64,000 nt of DNA from Candidatus Cloacimonadales bacterium (GTDB lineage Bacteria > Cloacimonadota > Cloacimonadia > Cloacimonadales > JAFGVF01): assembly GCA_963677495.2 (NCBI GenBank), contig CAXXOU010000003.1, forward strand, positions 320,001-384,000. The letters run 5' to 3'. Each line of letters opens with the position of its first letter. Position 1 is the stretch's first letter. Shown piece after piece: positions 56,598-64,000 of the stretch. Under the pieces are notes generated by a model. The model searched no databases. It was not told where the DNA came from and was given only the letters and a program-made list of their open reading frames with translations. The position numbers were made by a program, and so were the translations under genes.

Positions 56598-56660
56598 CTC
56601 CCTTTAGCCTCCCTAGACCCTCCCTATGAACCCCTAAAGTTATCCACATCGTGTGCATAA
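56598..56660. repeat. 11-bp periodic array (CTCCCT core) followed by two inverted DnaA-box-like nonamers
   Basis: ctccctttagc/ctccctagacc/ctccctatgaa/cccctaaag; TTATCCACA at 56640-56648 and TGTGCATAA at 56652-56660. Confidence 0.65.
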
Positions 56661-56824
56661 CCTGTTTGACGGTGCAATAATGCTCTTGAAGTGATTAAAT
56701 AAAGAGAAGGTACAGCTTGAAGAACGATGTAGTTCGCTGTATTTCAAACTCAGGTTAAGTATTTTTTAAAAGAACTCTGAGATTGAAGAGAAAAGTATGA
56801 CACTAAGTGGATTATTTGTTGAAT

Positions 56825-56848
56825 AAAAAAAACCGGCATGAAGCCGGT
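56825..56848 (-). terminator. Terminator of the tRNA operon
   Basis: Minus strand ACCGGC-ttcat-GCCGGT followed by a T run. Confidence 0.85.
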
Positions 56849-56852
56849 AAAG

Positions 56853-56928
56853 TGGCATCCCCAGGGAGAATCGAACTCCCGTTGCAGGAATGAGAATCCT
56901 GAGTCCTAGGCCACTAGACGATGGGGAC
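56853..56928 (-). tRNA. tRNA-Glu (CTC)
   Basis: GTCCCCATCGTCTAGTGGCCTAGGACT CAGGA-TTCTCAT-TCCTG CAACGGGAGTTCGATTCTCCCTGGGGATGCCA. Confidence 0.96.
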
Positions 56929-56971
56929 ATTTAAGGTTCGTGGTTACCACTAAAATATGACAAATAAAAAG

Positions 56972-57047
56972 TGGCGACCCCTAGGGGAATCGAACCCCTG
57001 TTGCCAGAATGAAAATCTGGAGTCCTAGTCCACTAGACGAAGGGGTC
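56972..57047 (-). tRNA. tRNA-Glu (TTC)
   Basis: GACCCCTTCGTCTAGTGGACTAGGACT CCAGA-TTTTCAT-TCTGG CAACAGGGGTTCGATTCCCCTAGGGGTCGCCA. Confidence 0.96.
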
Positions 57048-57052
57048 GCTTC

Positions 57053-57127
57053 TGGTGATCCAGGATGGGCTCGAACCATCGACTCTCTGCTTAAAAGGCA
57101 GATACTCTACCACTGAGTTACTGGACC
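57053..57127 (-). tRNA. tRNA-Lys (TTT)
   Basis: GGTCCAGTAACTCAGTGGTAGAGTA TCTGC-CTTTTAA-GCAGA GAGTCGATGGTTCGAGCCCATCCTGGATCACCA. Confidence 0.96.
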
Positions 57128-57271
57128 ATAGCGTTACATCTAAAAGCCTTCGCTGTGCGATGTATGGACAAGCTATTTAGGTGCCCTATGAGTGTCAAAT
57201 GTTTTTTACTAATTTCTTTAAGAAATAATTAAGAGAACAGCTTATACATTGTTTATAAAGAAGTTACAGTC

Positions 57272-58045
57272 CTATTGAAAATTGGAATAGCAGTCATTGA
57301 TTGCACTGTAGGCCTCCCTACAAAGCTCTCTTCTTCCCCCATTTCTATTTTTTACTGGTCTCAGAAATTCTACTTTCACATCAATACTATCTGCATCCAA
57401 AATATGCTTTAAGTTCTCTTTAAAAGGTTGGTTATCAATCCATGCTATCTGTTTTACATCCTCTTTGGTCAGCCCTTCACCATTTAGAGCAGTATATTTA
57501 ATGCATACCGGAATAATAGACTTTCCGGATTTAACTGCACTTTCGAAGAGAGAAGACCTGAAAGCTTTTACATCAACTCCATCATGACTTGTGCCTTCCG
57601 GGAAAAGACAAATATTAAAACCTGATGTAAGTTTATCTGATATTGTAGCAATCTCCTCCGGCAGACCGGTCGCTGATCGACGCTCTGTATAGAAGCTACC
57701 ACCAAGCCTGGTCATAAAACCAAGTAACGGGTGACTTTTCATTTCCACAGATGTTATAAAATTGACAGGCATAACTGAGGAGATTATGAGAATATCCAGA
57801 AAGCTGATATGATTAGAAACAATCAGATAGTTATCAGTCAGTTTCTCAATATCAATAGCTAAATGGCGCTCAACATGGATGTTCAAAGCATCAAGTATTC
57901 TACGTGAAGATATGTGGATACTACGAGCAAGAATCTTGTGTCGTAGTTCCTTATCAAAAACCAGTGCTTTAAGAAGAACTCCTCTCAAAACAAACTGTGT
58001 TAGGTATAACCCGTTAATTATTACTTTACGAAAATTAGTAGCCAT
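57272..58045 (-). CDS. Lysophospholipid acyltransferase (PlsC family)
   Basis: SNHISFLD (HX4D) and LFPEGT. Confidence 0.92.
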   Translation of the reverse strand: MATNFRKVIINGLYLTQFVLRGVLLKALVFDKELRHKILARSIHISSRRILDALNIHVERHLAIDIEKLTDNYLIVSNHISFLDILIISSVMPVNFITSVEMKSHPLLGFMTRLGGSFYTERRSATGLPEEIATISDKLTSGFNICLFPEGTSHDGVDVKAFRSSLFESAVKSGKSIIPVCIKYTALNGEGLTKEDVKQIAWIDNQPFKENLKHILDADSIDVKVEFLRPVKNRNGGRRELCREAYSAINDCYSNFQ

Positions 58046-58133
58046 TTATTTTATCTTATTGAAACGATTTACCCTCGACAAGTATTACACAGGGTAAGTT
58101 GTCAATAAAGAAATATCTAAGTTTGGAGAATAG

Positions 58134-59390
58134 ATGCCTAATAAAAAGCTGATTGCAATCATCTCAGCTGTAATGATAGTTATCATTGCGTTTGTAATAT
58201 CAATTTCAATTAAACATCAGAAACATGTTGCCAAAGAGTTAATAGAAGTTAACAGGTATGAAGGATTCGAGAAAAGAATCATTCAACCCGGAGAAAGCCT
58301 TTTCCAAATACTTCTTGGGTATAAGATACCTAATCAAAAAGTGATAAAACTTACCAATGCAATGGCAAATCATATTGATATGTCCGGTTTTAAAGCCGGT
58401 CATGAGCTATATTTAAAGATAAACACAGAGATACAGATGATCTCTGAGTTTTATTATATTGAGAATGAGATTGTCAGGCACTATCTAAAGCTAAAGATTG
58501 CAGAGCAAATTGAAGATTCAGAATATGAGTATGAGCTTCTTAAAGAACCTTATGAGCGTAAGAACACTTTCCTCACAGCAACAGTTGAAGCTGGTGGAAC
58601 ATTCCTTATTGCCCTCCAGAAAGCAGGCATCAATAAGTCAGTTAGACAGAAGATAGCAAATATTCTTGAATCTCAAGCAGATATGGGAAGAGTTCAACCG
58701 GGGGACTGGATAGAAGTACTTGTTGATGACAAGATATATAAAGGTAAACAACTACCCTATAGTGAACCTATATATGTAGCTTTCCATGGTAAATACATTA
58801 AGAGTTTCGAAGCATTCTGGTATGATGAAGGGGATAAGACATCCGCATTTAACGGTATGTACAGCAGCAAAGGTGATGCTCTAGCCTCTAATGCAGTAAG
58901 GTACCCTTTAAATCGAATCCGTGTTACTTCTCCATATGGGAAAAGACTCCATCCAATCAGTGGTAAATGGAAGATGCATCAGGGAATAGACTATGCAGGT
59001 TCTACCGGAACTCCGGTATACACTGTTACAAGTGGAACTGTTATCTCAGCAGGTCGAAATGGTGGATATGGTAAAGAGGTAAAAATTAAGCATCCCGGTG
59101 GTATGATAACACAATATGCACATCTTCATAGAATCAGAGTGAAAAGAGGGCAGCGAGTTTCTAGAGGACGTGTAATCGGTACTGTTGGAAGTACAGGGTA
59201 CTCTACAGGGCCACATCTTCATTTTGGCGTGCAAAAGAATGGTCGTTGGGTAAATCCACGAACAAGCTTACGAATGGTTGGTGCTCATAAACTTACAGGT
59301 AGCAAATTAAAACAATTTAAGGAACAACAAAATCAGATTAGATTATTGGTAGAAGAAACTAAAAATGGGAGTAAACCTATCGAGGAGTAG
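58134..59390 (+). CDS. M23 family peptidoglycan endopeptidase (MepM-like)
   Basis: TSPYGKRLHPI...HQGIDYA, YAHL and STGPHLHF; N-terminal TM anchor. Confidence 0.92.
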   Translation: MPNKKLIAIISAVMIVIIAFVISISIKHQKHVAKELIEVNRYEGFEKRIIQPGESLFQILLGYKIPNQKVIKLTNAMANHIDMSGFKAGHELYLKINTEIQMISEFYYIENEIVRHYLKLKIAEQIEDSEYEYELLKEPYERKNTFLTATVEAGGTFLIALQKAGINKSVRQKIANILESQADMGRVQPGDWIEVLVDDKIYKGKQLPYSEPIYVAFHGKYIKSFEAFWYDEGDKTSAFNGMYSSKGDALASNAVRYPLNRIRVTSPYGKRLHPISGKWKMHQGIDYAGSTGTPVYTVTSGTVISAGRNGGYGKEVKIKHPGGMITQYAHLHRIRVKRGQRVSRGRVIGTVGSTGYSTGPHLHFGVQKNGRWVNPRTSLRMVGAHKLTGSKLKQFKEQQNQIRLLVEETKNGSKPIEE

Positions 59391-59393
59391 ATT

Positions 59394-62135
59394 ATGAAAA
59401 AACTCTATGTAGTTATGGTATTATGCCTGATTGGCAACTTGTTTGGTACCGTTTTGAATGTTGATTACATGACGCCAAATGCGGAAATCGAAGTGAATGA
59501 CAAAAAACTTGAAATCATAATGGGAAATGATTTCGGACAAGTAACTGTACCGGGAAAATATATGCTTCCTTCAAAGCAATTGAACATATTGATTCCACCC
59601 GGAAAGAAAATCATCTCACAGAAAGCAACGCTAAATAGTTCAACTAAATCTTTTGAATACTCACCACAAATTAACTCACCTTACCATGACCAAGAGAATT
59701 TCACGAGTTCAGCTACAACTCCAGAGCTAAGTGAACAGCTTATCTATCTTGGTGAGGGATACTGGGGAAATCTACATTTTCTTAGATATAGATTTGCACC
59801 TTATGCTTATGATAATGGTTCTCTAACTAGAGTGGAAAGTATCAGCTTTTCTATTGGATTTGAAGATAGTGAGGCTAATGAAGCTCTTGTCTCTAAGTCC
59901 TTGGCAGATTTGAGCCGTAGAGCATTTATTAATGCAGAGCTTATCAATGAATATAATGTTTTGAATACACGCCAACAAACACTTCATTTGATAACAACGC
60001 AAAGCATCAGAGCAAGTATGCAGAACTACATAGACTTGAGAAGTATGCAAGGGATAACGCTTAACTTTAGTGATATAGAAGATATTTTGATGAATTCTCC
60101 CGGTTCAACTGAACCTGAACAGGTTAGAAACTACCTTATAGAGAACTTTAATCCTTCAGGAGATAACTTCCTTCTCCTTGTGGGGGACTTTGAAACGATT
60201 CCAATTCAATATCTAAACGCTTCTCCGAACGAGAATAGCTTAACACCATCTGATTTCTATTACTCTGACTTAACCTCCAATTTTAATAGCGATGGAGATA
60301 ACTTCTGGGGTGAATACTCAAACGGTTTTGGTGATGAAGACTATGAAATCGACTTTACACCGGAGATGTATGTTGGGCGTATTCCCTTCAGTGATCTGGC
60401 TAAATTGGATGTCATATTCCAAAGAATCATTGATTTTGAACAATCAGATGCACTTTGGAAAGATAAAGTCCTCTCCCCTATGGCTATGTTCAATTTTGAG
60501 AATCAGGACTATGAATATGGTTGGAACAGAACTGACGGGGCTGACTATACTGAGTACATGAAAAGCACAATATTAAGAAACAACCCGGTAACAACCATGT
60601 ATGAACAGGTAGGATTCGATAACTCTCCATACCCATCCGATTGGGATTTGAGCTCTATAAATCTGAATATTGCTCTAAATACAGAAGACTTTGGTTTTGT
60701 ATGTTTAGGTGCACACGGAAGTCCAACATCATCGTCCCGTTTGGTCTGGGAAGATGATTATGATAACAATAATATCTGTACAGGTGATGAACGTTATTGG
60801 GAAGGACTGATTATGGTAGATATGTTCGACACAATATCAAATAGTACCGGTTCTGTCTTTTTCACTCAATCATGCCTTAATGGTGGATTTGATCTTACAG
60901 ATAACCCACGTGGTTCATTAGGTGAATATATACTTGAGAAAAAGGGAGTTGCTACATTAACGGCAACACGTACCGGCTGGTATAAGATTGGTTGGATTAA
61001 TCCCGGTTGGGGAGGAATTCATTCCTTAAACTACTATCAAATGGATAACTATTATACACATAATCAAGCATTAGGTATGTCTCATGCAAATGCCAATTTC
61101 ATGTTTAGCAACTACTTCTTCTTCGGTGACCCACTTGATTCTGATGGTATCATTTGGCCTGAGCAGAAGAACATCTACACTTATATCTTATATGGTGATC
61201 CATTAATTAACTACCAACCGGAATACAACACAACTGATGGAGAAATCCTTGTTTGGGAGCCTAATGGTTTTAGTAATAGCTTTGAGGTTGTAAACGCTAT
61301 ATCTGAAACAGGAAACTGGAATATTTATTACACCGACAAGCTTGATGATGAAATGAGTTCGTTAGATAGTTTCTCTGCAGTATTCTGCCTATTTGGATTT
61401 CAGGATGAAGCCTTCTACTTGGAAGAAGCAAGCATAGAAAGTCAAATGCTAGTTGACTATCTACAGAATGGAGGTAAAGTCTATACAGAAAGTTCAATAG
61501 AATACTCATACAATACTGCTTTCTATGACTTCTTCAACATCTGGGCACCATTTGATCATGTGGTAGACTTGGAAACAGTACAATCAGTTGAATCGAATCA
61601 AATGTGGGACTATGATGGTGAAATAAATGGTTTGCAAGCACTTGAGATTATGCAGCCTGATGCAACGACACAAAGCGTTTACCTTGCCCCTCAAGAGAGT
61701 TACTCTGATGTAATTGCCATCAAGACGATAACACAAGATGCAATCACCGTTGGTGCAAGCTTTCCAATATTTGGTCTTACTGATGAAACAGGTTTGATCA
61801 ATGATTACATATATGAAGTTATGTACACGCATTTCCAATTGCAGTCCCCACAGGATAATGAAGACATAATACAAGCGATTCAGCAGAATTTATCAGTATA
61901 TCCAAATCCTGCAAGTGAATTGGTGACTTTCAAGACTAGTAAGATAATTCCAAACCAAGAGATACAGATCTTTAATATTAAAGGGCAACTTGAAAGAACA
62001 ATCGTTACAGGAACATCTAAACTATCTCGATGGGATATGACAGATAGTAAGGGAAACAAACTTAGCAATGGTATATATTTCTCTAGAATTAAAGGAACTG
62101 ATGCCAGACCTGCCAAGTTTATCATTATGAAGTAA
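59394..62135 (+). CDS. C25 (gingipain-family) cysteine peptidase with propeptide and C-terminal sorting domain
   Basis: LLLVGD, SDFYYSDL, YVGRIP, catalytic GAHGS and QSCLNG, LYGDP; VYPNPA...GIYF tail. Confidence 0.9.
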   Translation: MKKLYVVMVLCLIGNLFGTVLNVDYMTPNAEIEVNDKKLEIIMGNDFGQVTVPGKYMLPSKQLNILIPPGKKIISQKATLNSSTKSFEYSPQINSPYHDQENFTSSATTPELSEQLIYLGEGYWGNLHFLRYRFAPYAYDNGSLTRVESISFSIGFEDSEANEALVSKSLADLSRRAFINAELINEYNVLNTRQQTLHLITTQSIRASMQNYIDLRSMQGITLNFSDIEDILMNSPGSTEPEQVRNYLIENFNPSGDNFLLLVGDFETIPIQYLNASPNENSLTPSDFYYSDLTSNFNSDGDNFWGEYSNGFGDEDYEIDFTPEMYVGRIPFSDLAKLDVIFQRIIDFEQSDALWKDKVLSPMAMFNFENQDYEYGWNRTDGADYTEYMKSTILRNNPVTTMYEQVGFDNSPYPSDWDLSSINLNIALNTEDFGFVCLGAHGSPTSSSRLVWEDDYDNNNICTGDERYWEGLIMVDMFDTISNSTGSVFFTQSCLNGGFDLTDNPRGSLGEYILEKKGVATLTATRTGWYKIGWINPGWGGIHSLNYYQMDNYYTHNQALGMSHANANFMFSNYFFFGDPLDSDGIIWPEQKNIYTYILYGDPLINYQPEYNTTDGEILVWEPNGFSNSFEVVNAISETGNWNIYYTDKLDDEMSSLDSFSAVFCLFGFQDEAFYLEEASIESQMLVDYLQNGGKVYTESSIEYSYNTAFYDFFNIWAPFDHVVDLETVQSVESNQMWDYDGEINGLQALEIMQPDATTQSVYLAPQESYSDVIAIKTITQDAITVGASFPIFGLTDETGLINDYIYEVMYTHFQLQSPQDNEDIIQAIQQNLSVYPNPASELVTFKTSKIIPNQEIQIFNIKGQLERTIVTGTSKLSRWDMTDSKGNKLSNGIYFSRIKGTDARPAKFIIMK

Positions 62136-62154
62136 TAATTTAATTGATATAATT

Positions 62155-62181
62155 AAGGCTGTTGATTGTCTCAACAGCCTT
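62155..62181. terminator. Hairpin between convergent genes (probably a bidirectional terminator)
   Basis: AAGGCTGTTGA-ttgtc-TCAACAGCCTT. Confidence 0.8.
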
Positions 62182-62187
62182 TGCTTA

Positions 62188-63528
62188 TTAATGTTTCAGA
62201 CCTAGGTCTTTTATCTTTCTCGATAAATTGCTTTGTTGTAACCCCAAGGCATGAGCAGTTTTGGTAATATTCCACTCATACTTTTTAAGCTGTTCTGAGA
62301 GGTACCGCTTCTCACACTGAGCTTTCTTCTCCTGATATGGTATAGATTCAGACCAAAACTCATGCTCAGAGGAGAACTCATCCGGATTGATTGCTAAATC
62401 ACACTTGTCGATTACTGGACCATCAGTGAAAATATATAGCCTTTCAATTAGATTTCTTAACTGCCTGACATTGCCTGGGAAAGCTACTTTACATAGACTT
62501 TCAAGAACTGCATCAGATATCTGTTTGACAGGCATATTCATCTCATTTGCGAAAAGCATCGAAAAATATTGGGCTAGTACAGGAATGTCATCTCTTCTTT
62601 CTCTTAAAGGAGGAATGGTAATTGGTACAACATTCAATCTGTAATAAAGATCTTCTCTAAATGTTCCTTTGCTAACCATTTCTTCCAGATTTTTATGAGT
62701 TGCAGCTACAACTCGAGTTTCAATGCGAATAGGCTTATTTGAACCCACTCTTTCAAACTCACCCTCTTGAATTACACGTAATATTTTTGCTTGAGCAGAA
62801 AGGTTCATATCGCCGATTTCATCAAGAAACAGTGTTCCACCATCCGCCTCTTCTATCTTACCTTTCTTACTGCCAACAGCACCAGTAAATGCACCTTTCT
62901 CATAACCGAACAATTCACTTTCAACTAGTTCCGCAGGGATAGCGGCACTGTTGAACCTAATGAAGTTCCCTTTTCGACCGCTTAATTTATGAATTGCCCA
63001 TGCAACCAGCTCTTTACCGGTTCCACTTTCCCCCCTGATTAAGACTTTGGAATTGGTTGGTGCAACCCTTTCTATACGTACTTTCAACTCTTTTATGGAC
63101 TGACTAACACCCACCATTCGGTACTTGCTTTCAGCATCTTTTTGGAGCTTCTTTATTCCTTGAGTCAAGCGAAGGATTTTCAGGTTACGTTGAAGGGTTA
63201 GTCTTACCATAGGCAATGAGAGTGGTTTTTCAAGAAAGTCAACTGCACCAGTCTTTAATGCTTTTACAGCAAGAGGTATATTCCCGTGACCTGAAATCAT
63301 TACAATTGGGCAACTATATCCACTGTTCCTGATAACTTCGAGTAAATCTAGCCCACTCTTATCAGGTAGCTTCACATCCAGAAAGAGCATATCAGGATTG
63401 AAAGATGTAAGTTTCTTCAGACCATCTTCAGCAGTGAACGCAACATCTGCTGAATAGCCTTCTTCTTCAGAAATCTCTTTTAGAAGTCGACAAATATTCT
63501 TCTCATCATCAATTATTAGTACTTTCAT
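62188..63528 (-). CDS. Sigma-54-dependent response regulator (NtrC/NtrX-like)
   Basis: REC domain (IIDDE, FLDVKLP), GESGTGKE, GAFTGA, FLDEI, FREDLYYRLNV and a Fis-type HTH. Confidence 0.95.
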   Translation of the reverse strand: MKVLIIDDEKNICRLLKEISEEEGYSADVAFTAEDGLKKLTSFNPDMLFLDVKLPDKSGLDLLEVIRNSGYSCPIVMISGHGNIPLAVKALKTGAVDFLEKPLSLPMVRLTLQRNLKILRLTQGIKKLQKDAESKYRMVGVSQSIKELKVRIERVAPTNSKVLIRGESGTGKELVAWAIHKLSGRKGNFIRFNSAAIPAELVESELFGYEKGAFTGAVGSKKGKIEEADGGTLFLDEIGDMNLSAQAKILRVIQEGEFERVGSNKPIRIETRVVAATHKNLEEMVSKGTFREDLYYRLNVVPITIPPLRERRDDIPVLAQYFSMLFANEMNMPVKQISDAVLESLCKVAFPGNVRQLRNLIERLYIFTDGPVIDKCDLAINPDEFSSEHEFWSESIPYQEKKAQCEKRYLSEQLKKYEWNITKTAHALGLQQSNLSRKIKDLGLKH

Positions 63529-64000
63529 CAGACCTCTCCAATGTGATTATAAACTTAGTTCCTTCCCCTAACTGACTATCAACCCAGACATCACCGGCAT
63601 TAGCAGTAATCAACTTCTTCACAACTGATAAACCTAGTCCCGTACCATTCTGTTTCTTAGTAAAATACGGATCGAAGATTCTTGGTAAATCTTCTCCTGC
63701 AATACCGGAGCCCTTATCCTCAATAACTAGCAGAACGCGCCCGACCTTACTATTCAACCTGATTTGGACACAACCTTTTTCCGAACAGGCATCGAGAGCA
63801 TTCTGCAAAAGGTTTGTAAATATCTGATAAAAGTGGTTTCGATCAAAGCAGATATGTGCACTCTCATCTAGGTCTGTACCGATTTCATATCTTCCTGAGT
63901 AACCGGTTATAATCTCTTTGATTAGTGTTGCAGGTGCAAAAATAGTTTTGTCTGGTTCTACTGGTCGTGCAAAATCCGAGAAGTTTCTTGAAATAGCTAG
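63509..64000 (-). CDS. Sensor histidine kinase, C-terminal part (5' end outside window)
   Basis: Frame open to 64000: FSDFAR...NLLQNALDA, EDKGSGI, IFDPYFTKK and GTGLGLSVV. Confidence 0.92.
   Translation of the reverse strand, partial: LAISRNFSDFARPVEPDKTIFAPATLIKEIITGYSGRYEIGTDLDESAHICFDRNHFYQIFTNLLQNALDACSEKGCVQIRLNSKVGRVLLVIEDKGSGIAGEDLPRIFDPYFTKKQNGTGLGLSVVKKLITANAGDVWVDSQLGEGTKFIITLERSDESTNN

Noticed and set aside
26139..56660. CRISPR or guide-RNA arrays
   Set aside because: Units are 11 bp, degenerate and mirrored, with no 23-47-bp repeats, no unique spacers and no cas genes in the window.
56460..56820. Replication origin
   Set aside because: Only two DnaA-like boxes, and no dnaA/dnaN/gidA context in the window.
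95..62644. Numerous short antisense or nested ORFs in the ORF track
   Set aside because: They are shadows of longer genes with clear family motifs and have no independent evidence.
30660..64000. Integrative element or prophage inserted at ssrA
   Set aside because: No integrase, and I found no downstream duplicate of the tmRNA 3' end by eye.

Overview
AT-rich bacterial chromosomal window. It is most likely from a Cloacimonadota-like (FCB group) anaerobe, inferred from four secreted proteins ending in the 'YPNP(FNP)...K(M/A/F)xxMK' FlgD-Ig/Por-type sorting tail. Layout: (1) 1-18740, a long Wzx/Wzy-type exopolysaccharide operon that also carries a STAS protein, an OmpA lipoprotein, uridine kinase and a nucleotidyltransferase-like gene; (2) 19-30 kb, accessory genes including a TetR-regulated double-hydrolase fusion and a HUH/Y1 transposase flanked by two ~300-bp composite palindromic (REP/REPIN-like) direct repeats, with related REPs dispersed elsewhere; (3) tmRNA, then a structured spacer, a GIY-YIG nuclease, an unlisted 47-aa SMP-like peptide and an RxxxxH (HEPN-like) protein; (4) a large secreted adhesin-like protein, a CoA-disulfide reductase-rhodanese-TusA-DsrE fusion operon and DUF1576; (5) an APH-RIO kinase fusion behind what looks like a complete leader-peptide attenuator, then McrBC; (6) S8, M23 and C25 peptidases, three tRNAs and an NtrY/NtrX-like pair cut by the window end. 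The most unexplained structure is a set of at least seven intergenic GC-rich arrays with 11-bp periodicity. Several are mirror-symmetric; they share architecture but mostly differ in motif. All calls come from reading motifs by eye; no database searches were run.
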